Shown one piece after another: positions 57,377 through 64,000 of a DNA stretch of 64,000 bases. Position 1 is the stretch's first letter. The number at the start of each line of letters is the position of its first letter. A model generated the notes under the pieces. It searched no databases. It was not told the origin of the DNA and saw nothing but the letters and a program-made list of their open reading frames with translations. The position numbers and the translations under genes were made by a program. This DNA is from a virus: the IMG/VR virus record IMGVR_UViG_3300002036_000006; one strand, given 5' to 3'.

Positions 57377-57862
57377 TTAAACCACCTGAACTGGTAGATC
57401 ATTGCCTTTCTTGTAATGATCAGAGTAATGCAATAACATTTGAAGGTTGCACTCAATGTGGGCCCAGTGAGGCAATCCAGTCTCAGAGTCTTTTGCGTAA
57501 GGGTCATCCAGCATCAAAGTGTAATGCCTTCCTATGCAGCCAATCGGAACAGACCAAGCCATTCCTTTTGTCCAGTTAAATGCAGCATACTTTTCCTTAC
57601 CAAACTCCCAAACCCTAACAACCTCATCAAGGTAATTAGATCCATAAAGTGAAATGCAAAAATTCATCCACTCTGTTCTCGCGTGATTTAAGTGTGCTGA
57701 ATTTCCAGACAACTGGTACTCATGCATAAATGCAAAGAACTTCTCTGGAGACCAATCTTTTAGTGGAAGAAACTTGAATAGAACAAGAGAGTAATCAAGC
57801 TTTCCATCGTTAAACCTAGCGCCACTTCCAACCTCGGTTGAATTTACATCACCTACTGTCAC
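57377..57862 (-). CDS. DUF5664 dATP/dGTP diphosphohydrolase-like protein
   Basis: G.RFNDGKL.YSL...FG.EKYA..NW.KG...RH...D.ETGLPH.AH..CN; GGAG SD plus GTG at 57862. Confidence 0.8.
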   Translation of the reverse strand: MTVGDVNSTEVGSGARFNDGKLDYSLVLFKFLPLKDWSPEKFFAFMHEYQLSGNSAHLNHARTEWMNFCISLYGSNYLDEVVRVWEFGKEKYAAFNWTKGMAWSVPIGCIGRHYTLMLDDPYAKDSETGLPHWAHIECNLQMLLHYSDHYKKGNDLPVQVV

Positions 57863-57863
57863 T

Positions 57864-58847
57864 TTATTCTCCTGTAATTTGCGAGACCAGTTCTTTGAAA
57901 TCTTCTTCGTTCTCAAGAAAGTGCTTTCTAAGATTCTTTGTTCCATTAAACTTCTGTTCACCATATGTGTACCAAGCACCACCCTGCTTTATTATGCCTG
58001 ACTTCACGCCAATTGTTATTGCCTCTTTAACTTTGCAGAATCCAGAGTCAAACATAAGCTCAAGATCTGCTACCTTGAATGGAGCAGCTAGCTTATTCTT
58101 GCCCATCTTAACTTTCACTGTATTGCCAAGAGGCTCATCGAACTCATTCTTTTCTTTTACAGATCCAGTCCTGCTTACGGTGCATCTGACAGACGCAAAG
58201 AATGGCAGGCTCTTTCCTCCAGTAGTAACAGTCTTGGGTCCATAACCATGAACGCCGATGTTATCTCTCATCTGATTAATAAATATCAAAGCAGTGTTTG
58301 TGTTACTGGTTACTGATGCTAATTTTCTACATGACTGAGCCATGAGCCTAGCCACAAGTCCAATGTGAGAGTCCCCCATATCTCCCTCAATCTCTGCCTT
58401 GCAAGCAAGAGCACCTACTGAATCAAGAACAACCATTCCGAACTGACCGCTCTCTACAACAGTTAACACTATGTCCATTGCCTCTTCTGCGGAGTTCGGC
58501 TGTGCGAACAAAAGCTTATCAGTATCTAGTCCAAGCCTCTCAGCCCACTCTGGATCGAACGCATGCTCGACATCAATAAAGGCCACATTCAGTCCCATCT
58601 TCTGAGCCTCAACCATTCCGTGAATTGTTAGTGTTGTTTTACCAGAGCTTGGGTTTCCTGCTATCTCTGTGATTCTACCCCTAGGCCAACCACCAATTCC
58701 AAGCTTCTGATCAAGCGTGAGAGAGCCTGTTGATATTACATCTATATCTACAGATTCAGCCTCACCCAACATAACTCCAGAACCCTTGCCGTGCTTCTTG
58801 TTTATCTCATCTAGAACTGACTGAACAGTTGCTGCCTTACTCGCCAT
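57864..58847 (-). CDS. recA: RecA recombinase
   Basis: ISTGSLTLD..LGIGG.PRGRITEI.G..SSGKTT, AFID.EHA.D, DSVGAL, ARLMAQ, FINQMR, TTGG..L.F. Confidence 0.97.
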   Translation of the reverse strand: MASKAATVQSVLDEINKKHGKGSGVMLGEAESVDIDVISTGSLTLDQKLGIGGWPRGRITEIAGNPSSGKTTLTIHGMVEAQKMGLNVAFIDVEHAFDPEWAERLGLDTDKLLFAQPNSAEEAMDIVLTVVESGQFGMVVLDSVGALACKAEIEGDMGDSHIGLVARLMAQSCRKLASVTSNTNTALIFINQMRDNIGVHGYGPKTVTTGGKSLPFFASVRCTVSRTGSVKEKNEFDEPLGNTVKVKMGKNKLAAPFKVADLELMFDSGFCKVKEAITIGVKSGIIKQGGAWYTYGEQKFNGTKNLRKHFLENEEDFKELVSQITGE

Positions 58848-59002
58848 CTAACTTTGCCTCTTCGTTAACATAACAATCTTTCACGATAATAGAGTTGGTC
58901 ACGGAACACAGCGCTTGGTGTTGTGCGTCAATTTCACTATCAGCATTCAAAATGTATGAGACCTCTCTTCCGTTTACTTCAACTACTACTATGTATTCCA
59001 TA

Positions 59003-59434
59003 TTAATTCATGTTTGTTGGTAGTGCTAATTTAGTTGCTGCTGATGTAGCAATAACATTGTCATTCAATTGCTTAAACACATTGCTCACAACAGCCTCGG
59101 CAGAAGCCATGTACTCCGATATGTGAGCCATCATTACCATCTCTGACTCTTCACTATTTTTTCCAAGGTTTGATGATGCGATGTAATCTATAAAAGCATT
59201 TGCAACGCACTGAGTTGGGTTCTGACCTTCAGCCCACTCTATCTTGAATAGTTGGTCATCTCCATCATCAATTGTAAGCTCTTTTTCTCCAAGTGCACTT
59301 TGGTAGTAATCCTCTATCGATGCAAAGAAAAATGAATTGTCTTTGTATACTGGAACCCTACAGGCCATCTTGCCGTACAGCTCACCCATTAAAGCCATAT
59401 ACTTGGGCTGAACATCTTTAAATGTTTTTGACAT
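59003..59434 (-). CDS. hypothetical protein
   Basis: start MSKTFK preferred; the upstream part of the track ORF overlaps SSB. Confidence 0.6.
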   Translation of the reverse strand: MSKTFKDVQPKYMALMGELYGKMACRVPVYKDNSFFFASIEDYYQSALGEKELTIDDGDDQLFKIEWAEGQNPTQCVANAFIDYIASSNLGKNSEESEMVMMAHISEYMASAEAVVSNVFKQLNDNVIATSAATKLALPTNMN

Positions 59435-59507
59435 ATCTATCTCGTTTTGGTTTTGTAAAACCGCAATACCACCTAGGTGGCGTAAACGGTCATGGCCTGA
59501 TTCTTTA

Positions 59508-59948
59508 TTAGAATGGGATGTTATCGTTGAACCCGTTGTTTTGCTGAACGCCTTGATTTTGCTGAGGCTGTACATTAGGATTCTGTGGCATGCTACCATA
59601 CTGCTGCCCTTGATTCTGAGGAGGCTGATGGTTATTTTGTTGTGGATGAGACTGCATGTTATTTGGATTTGATTGTCCAGCAGGCTGGACATCAACAAGT
59701 TTTAATTGAGGGTATCCCTGTTGATTAACATCGACAACCCCAATCATGTTGTAAGTTCCGCCAGATTGAATTTGCTGAGCTTTCTGAGCATCGAAGATAA
59801 CTAGCTGTGTTGTCTTAGAAAACATCTGACCGTTCTTACCCGCTACCTCACAATTGAAATGAATCTTGTAATATGGATTACCATTCTTACTTGTCATTGT
59901 CTGGACTTGATTTACGATTGCGTTCTCTATAATAAATTTTGATGACAT
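59508..59948 (-). CDS. single-stranded DNA-binding protein-like
   Basis: OB-fold-sized N-domain, Q/N/G-rich linker, C-terminal NDNIPF. Confidence 0.8.
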   Translation of the reverse strand: MSSKFIIENAIVNQVQTMTSKNGNPYYKIHFNCEVAGKNGQMFSKTTQLVIFDAQKAQQIQSGGTYNMIGVVDVNQQGYPQLKLVDVQPAGQSNPNNMQSHPQQNNHQPPQNQGQQYGSMPQNPNVQPQQNQGVQQNNGFNDNIPF

Positions 59949-59983
59949 TGTTTTGCCTTTGATTTGTTGTGTTGATGAAATGC

Positions 59984-60012
59984 ATAGTACACACATAAAG
60001 ACTCAATGTCAA
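59984..60012 (-). promoter_or_regulatory. sigma70 promoter for the SSB/RecA operon
   Basis: TTGACA-17-TACTAT. Confidence 0.8.
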
Positions 60013-60450
60013 CTAGAAGTGCCAAAATAATTGCGAGGCATAATACTCAGCCATCATTGACCTGAAATGTGGACACCCAAACATAGAACAAAACTGGTAG
60101 CCCTCTCTGTGATCATCATACTTCATTTCTTTTTTTTTCATAAATTTTATCCATAGGGTGACATTTAGGTAGAGCGTTGTGAATCTACCTATGCTAGCTT
60201 TATATTCTTTTAGACAATCATCACATTATCAAGCATTCCTTTCAGGGGAACGAATCCTATCTATTCGAGTTTTATACCATCATGAGGTCACACGTAAGTT
60301 TAAGGAGCTACGGTTGTTAATCCACCTGACTCCCGCAAACAAATAATTAGCTTGCGATTGTTTCACTATACGCTTGTTTTTACTGCTCGCTGAATTTGCT
60401 AGCCACAGTTACTTCCTCTACCACAAAGCGTGATGATTGTCGGTAGCTCG

Positions 60451-60479
60451 TTGACATTGCAGGGTTTTGGCTGTATAAT
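60451..60479 (+). promoter_or_regulatory. perfect-consensus sigma70 promoter for terL
   Basis: TTGACA-17-TATAAT. Confidence 0.88.
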
Positions 60480-60506
60480 CCTCTTGAGGATTTGGCGTAA
60501 TATGCT

Positions 60507-62276
60507 ATGTCAAATTTTAGGGAGATGGATCGCTACCAACTTTTCATCTCCCGACCCCAACAACTGGGGAAGGATTTGTTGTCAGAACGACAACGGGCGG
60601 CAGTATGTCACACAGAAATTCAAAAGTCAAATAACAATAACAAGGAAAGACAATTGGAACTTAAGCAGCCATTAATGATTGCACCTTGGCTAGTAGATAT
60701 TGTACTAGACATGGAGCAGAGAGATCCCTACGAAAGACAGATCATCTTGACTGGTGGTGTTAGGAACTTGGGTAAAACCACTGGACTAATTCAATTCATC
60801 AGACATCTTGGATCAAAGCAAACTCCAGATAAGAATGGAGTAAGGACATTAAAATTCTTCCTTCTCAGAGAATCATACAGGCAGATCGACCAAGTTATTG
60901 AATCATTCGATGAATGGTTTGATGAGGTTGGCGAGTACTCTAAAGTCAGGAAGTGTCAAGAATTTGGCTATGCATACAAGGACTTGCAGAAGGCTCCAAA
61001 GATTTGTCTATACGAAAGAACTCCAGATCTTCTCGGCCTCATAATGGGCAAACCATACATCTGGGATGGAACAACTACCAAGATAGAAATAACCTGCTAC
61101 TCGTACAACAAGCCAACCTCTGATGCCAACATGCGTGGTGGAAACATGGGTTCTGGGATGCTCAACGAGGCACAGACACTTCCAGTCAAAGCGTTCCAGA
61201 CTGCTCGCGGATCATACGGAAGACCAGAGGGTAAGGTTCAATACCCAACGATACTGCTAGATCACAACATGCCAAAGTCTGAAGACATAGGCTATGATTG
61301 GCTCAAGTCATTATACAGGCAGGATGATGAAGCACTTGAAGGAGAGAGCATCAAGCTTGTTAAACTTCCAGCCCCATACATATTTGTTCCTGATGAAGAT
61401 TCTGATTTCTTGTTGCAAGGAAGGAGAGGCAGGCTTGATGAGAACCCAGACTTCCTGAGGCAAGTTCCACACCTCAAGAGCCTAGACACATACAAGGGGT
61501 TCAGGCTAGAGGGAGATGATGCTGTGCTACGTGACATGCTTGGAAGGTTCGGCCTGAAGCACACAGGGAATCTACTGTACCATGAGTTTGACTCAGAGGT
61601 TCATGCAGCTCACAGGATTGATCCTCCAGACCCACTAGAATTTCCAGACAACTACATAATAATTGGAATGGACTTTGGATACCAACCATCAGTTACATTT
61701 TGCTTTGTAGATCAAGGTGTTGCATACTTCTTCCACGAAATAGTTATTGATGATATAAACTTCTTCCAGCTTATGGAGACTTACTTCATACCCTATATCG
61801 AAGAGCACCTCCCATACTACTACGCCAACAATCAGATAGTTATCGTTGGAGACCCCACATCTGGAAACAGGAGGAGCGCAATCAAATCAGCAACTCCCCT
61901 TGGCGTTCTTTCTGGAGAGACCGATGTCAATGGCGATGAGGATGGAGATGATGTTCGATACAACTTTGAGCACATATATCCAAGCCCATGCGGTAACTCT
62001 TGGGAGCACAGGATGCATGTGACGAAAGCAATACTTGGTAAACCAAATGGCTGTCACTTCGATCCAAGGATGCACTATACCATGCAGATGTTTGAAGAGT
62101 ACATTTCCGCTGCTGGTGGAGGAAAGCCAAAGAAGAAGGCTGGCGATCTCTTACACGGCACAGCGGACTCGTTCCAATATGTCTCCGCATACATAGCTGC
62201 TGGATTTGAAACTCATACTCCAGAACCTATTAAGCGAAAGAAAAGAAGAAAGTCAAAAAAGAAACGATATAGGTAG
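60507..62276 (+). CDS. terL: terminase large subunit
   Basis: IILTGG.RNLGKT Walker A, MLNEA Walker B variant, LDHNMP coupling motif, IGMDFG nuclease, H.ADSFQY. Confidence 0.88.
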   Translation: MSNFREMDRYQLFISRPQQLGKDLLSERQRAAVCHTEIQKSNNNNKERQLELKQPLMIAPWLVDIVLDMEQRDPYERQIILTGGVRNLGKTTGLIQFIRHLGSKQTPDKNGVRTLKFFLLRESYRQIDQVIESFDEWFDEVGEYSKVRKCQEFGYAYKDLQKAPKICLYERTPDLLGLIMGKPYIWDGTTTKIEITCYSYNKPTSDANMRGGNMGSGMLNEAQTLPVKAFQTARGSYGRPEGKVQYPTILLDHNMPKSEDIGYDWLKSLYRQDDEALEGESIKLVKLPAPYIFVPDEDSDFLLQGRRGRLDENPDFLRQVPHLKSLDTYKGFRLEGDDAVLRDMLGRFGLKHTGNLLYHEFDSEVHAAHRIDPPDPLEFPDNYIIIGMDFGYQPSVTFCFVDQGVAYFFHEIVIDDINFFQLMETYFIPYIEEHLPYYYANNQIVIVGDPTSGNRRSAIKSATPLGVLSGETDVNGDEDGDDVRYNFEHIYPSPCGNSWEHRMHVTKAILGKPNGCHFDPRMHYTMQMFEEYISAAGGGKPKKKAGDLLHGTADSFQYVSAYIAAGFETHTPEPIKRKKRRKSKKKRYR

Positions 62277-62305
62277 TTGACATTAGTAGATCACGATGGT
62301 ATTAT
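62277..62305 (+). promoter_or_regulatory. sigma70 promoter
   Basis: TTGACA-17-TATTAT. Confidence 0.8.
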
Positions 62306-62325
62306 TATCATAATCGGAGGATACA

Positions 62326-62550
62326 ATGCAAGCAAAAAATTTGTTCAGCAAACCTAAAACTGTAGATTCAGTTCTATCAACATTCAATAAAGCAATCGCA
62401 GATCTAGACAAAGTTGCAAAAGACAACGATGCTGAGGCAGACAGACAGCATGGCATCATCGCTCAAGCAGAGAAGACTATGGAAGAATGTAATAAAGAGT
62501 GCATTCGAGCAGAGAAGGTTGCAAAGAAATTAAAAGATCTTTTTGAATAG
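62326..62550 (+). CDS. conserved small coiled-coil phage protein
   Basis: GGAGG SD; KTVDSVLS.F.K.I.DL...AEK..KKL. Confidence 0.8.
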   Translation: MQAKNLFSKPKTVDSVLSTFNKAIADLDKVAKDNDAEADRQHGIIAQAEKTMEECNKECIRAEKVAKKLKDLFE

Positions 62551-62553
62551 GAC

Positions 62554-62582
62554 TTGCATTAATTATTTATTTATGTAATAAT
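62554..62582 (+). promoter_or_regulatory. probable promoter for the tRNA cluster
   Basis: TTGCAT followed 16-17 bp later by TAATAAT. Confidence 0.5.
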
Positions 62583-62591
62583 GCGCTGGAA

Positions 62592-62660
62592 GATAGAGAT
62601 GAGAGTTCGAATCCCTCACTAACGATCCAAAGTTAGTTAGCTCAACGGCAGAGTTATATC
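62592..62660 (+). ncRNA. circularly permuted tRNA-like element
   Basis: T arm and acceptor 3' strand (62601-62625) precede the acceptor 5' strand and D arm (62631-62654); ACTAAC/GTTAGT pair in register. Confidence 0.5.
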
Positions 62661-62674
62661 GTAAATATTAAAAT

Positions 62675-62749
62675 CTGTGTGTAGCTCAGTCAGGTTAGAG
62701 TCCTTGGTTTGGAACCAAGATGCCGCTGGTTCGAATCCAGCCATGAAGA
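62675..62749 (+). tRNA. tRNA-Pro(UGG), weak acceptor stem, no encoded CCA
   Basis: CTTGG-TTTGGAA-CCAAG arm; GCTGG-TTCGAAT-CCAGC. Confidence 0.75.
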
Positions 62750-62768
62750 TGTATTTAATTAGACACCA

Positions 62769-63147
62769 ATGGTAGTCATGAATAAAAAGAAAGAGCAGCT
62801 GGGAATGAATCCCAGTACGGCAAGCGGAAGGCTTGTCAAGGATATACTATGGAATTATATTGTTAGTTCTGGTCACGATGAGTGTTATCGTTGTGGATCT
62901 TGCATGACAAGAGAAGACTTTAGTATTGAACATAAGGTTCCTTGGCTTGACAGCGAAGATCCTGTCGGCCTATACTTTGTCATGTAACAGTGCTGCTGCA
63001 AGAAAGATAAATAAGAAGTATGATTCTGATGAGTCTAGAAGAAAAGCAAATGCCTTAAGAACTCGGCTGTATGATCAGAGTGAAGATAGAAAGATTAAGC
63101 GAAAGGCTAATCGGACTAAACGTTTCAAAGAAACTGGATCATGGTAG
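62769..63147 (+). pseudogene. frameshifted HNH homing endonuclease
   Basis: CYRCG..FSIEH.VPWL...LYF in one frame; LSCNSAAA continues in another frame. Confidence 0.65.
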
Positions 63148-63306
63148 CCACGCAGACCAATTATAGAATTATGAAACATAGTAACGAAACAATATTAACG
63201 AAAGGGCTGACTGGATCTGAAGGATTCATTCGCCTTGTATCGTATAATGATTTCATAGGGAGAGAGGAGTGGACTTAGTTTAATTAAACTAAATATCATT
63301 CTTCTA

Positions 63307-63337
63307 AGCCTAACCCATAAATGAGTTGGGCTTTTTT
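63307..63337 (+). terminator. rho-independent terminator-like hairpin
   Basis: AGCCTAAC/GTTGGGCT stem plus T-run. Confidence 0.55.
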
Positions 63338-63345
63338 ATTTTTGA

Positions 63346-63419
63346 CGCGAGGAGAATCTGGAATTCAAGTTGGCCTCATAAGCCAGCCTCCGTGGGTTCG
63401 AGTCCCACCCTCGCAACCA
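63346..63419 (+). tRNA. tRNA-Met(CAU), initiator-like C1:A72
   Basis: CGCGAGG/CCTCGCA + ACCA; loop CTCATAA. Confidence 0.85.
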
Positions 63420-63420
63420 C

Positions 63421-63498
63421 ATACCTGTAGTTTAACTGGAATAGAACACCAGACTTTCAATCTGGGAAATGCGAGTTCGAATCTCGTCAGGTATACCA
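63421..63498 (+). tRNA. tRNA-Glu(UUC)
   Basis: ATACCTG/CAGGTAT; loop CTTTCAA; CCA. Confidence 0.92.
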
Positions 63499-63503
63499 AT
63501 TTA

Positions 63504-63577
63504 GGCCCCTTGATGTAGCGGGATCATGACTGATTGTCTATCAGTTCTCAGGAGTTCAAATCTCCTAGGGGTCGCCA
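63504..63577 (+). tRNA. tRNA-Asp(GUC)
   Basis: GGCCCCT/AGGGGTC; G73; loop TTGTCTA; CCA. Confidence 0.9.
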
Positions 63578-63586
63578 AATATAGAT

Positions 63587-63661
63587 GCGCTTGTAGCTGA
63601 GGTGGATTAGCGGCGGGTTGAAGTTCCGCAGACGCAGGATCGTTACCTGCCGAGCGCACCA
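63587..63661 (+). tRNA. tRNA-Phe(GAA)
   Basis: GCGCTTG/CGAGCGC; loop TTGAAGT; atypical T loop ATCGTTA; CCA. Confidence 0.88.
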
Positions 63662-63669
63662 ATATTTAT

Positions 63670-63747
63670 GGTGTAGTTATCATAACTGGCTAATGCTCTC
63701 GATTGTGAGTCGGGAAGATGTGTGTTCGAATCCCATACTACACCCCA
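63670..63747 (+). tRNA. tRNA-His(GUG)
   Basis: G-1:C73; GTGTAGT/ACTACAC; loop TTGTGAG; CCA. Confidence 0.9.
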
Positions 63748-63854
63748 AGAGTTCGTGTAAGAGGAAAGTGTGTATGCATGCACATGAATAACTGCCCATT
63801 GCAATTGGGGCGGAAAGTGAATATACAAATAACTTTCACACCTACTTTTTATTT

Positions 63855-63928
63855 GCTCGGTTAGTTTAATGGTAGAACACCTCTCTTACAAAGAGGAGAC
63901 AAAGGCTCGATTCCTTTACCGAGTACCA
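63855..63928 (+). tRNA. tRNA-Val(UAC)
   Basis: GCTCGGT/ACCGAGT; loop CTTACAA; CCA. Confidence 0.9.
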
Positions 63929-63929
63929 T

Positions 63930-64000
63930 GCAGGAGTGGTGTAACTGGTAGTCACGCTGGTCTTAGAAATCAGTGCTGAAATATGCGTGAGGGTTCGACT
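63930..64000 (+). tRNA. tRNA-Leu(UAG), truncated by the window end
   Basis: CTGGT-CTTAGAA-ATCAG arm; long variable arm; GGTTCGACT. Confidence 0.85.

Noticed and set aside
57377-57862. Z-genome (2-aminoadenine) cluster
   Set aside because: No purZ and no DNA polymerase in the window; DUF5664 alone is not diagnostic.
59435-59698. N-terminal extension of ORF 59003..59698
   Set aside because: It overlaps the SSB gene in another frame; the internal MSKTFK start is more plausible.
63748-63854. Spacer with small hairpins (GAAAGT/ACTTTC, GCCC/GGGC) between tRNA-His and tRNA-Val
   Set aside because: No tRNA arms and only short stems; insufficient to call an ncRNA.
1-64000. CRISPR array, DGR/retron, integrase, introns/inteins, stop-codon reassignment
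   Set aside because: No regularly spaced repeats, no RT or recombinase motifs, no large insertions in conserved genes, and long ORFs tile well under the standard code.

Overview
This window is a 64-kb segment of a dsDNA tailed phage, probably podovirus-like and lytic. Overlapping Rz/Rz1 spanins and sigma70-type promoters point to a Gram-negative host. No integrase, DNA polymerase or RNA polymerase was recognised in the window. Layout: (1) 1-2400, small leftward ORFs. (2) 2600-8100, rightward early region with strong sigma70 promoters, a structured non-coding stretch and two tRNA-like genes with aberrant anticodon arms. (3) 8153-12362, a compact operon that looks like a complete phage-encoded ubiquitin-like conjugation pathway: Ubl, E2-like, unknown coiled-coil protein, ThiF/E1, JAB/JAMM peptidase. 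This is the main finding. (4) 12.4-26.8 kb, DNA/nucleotide/translation-related genes: a MTase-like gene whose 5' end is a tRNA-like element, an HD alarmone hydrolase, a PD-(D/E)XK nuclease, an SF2 helicase, PTH2, a primase, a GNAT and a putative TerS. (5) 26.8-56 kb, leftward virion and lysis module. (6) 56-60 kb, nucleotide-pool enzymes, RecA and SSB. (7) 60.5-64 kb, terminase large subunit and a tRNA cluster that begins with an apparently circularly permuted tRNA-like element. All calls come from motif recognition by eye; no searches were run.
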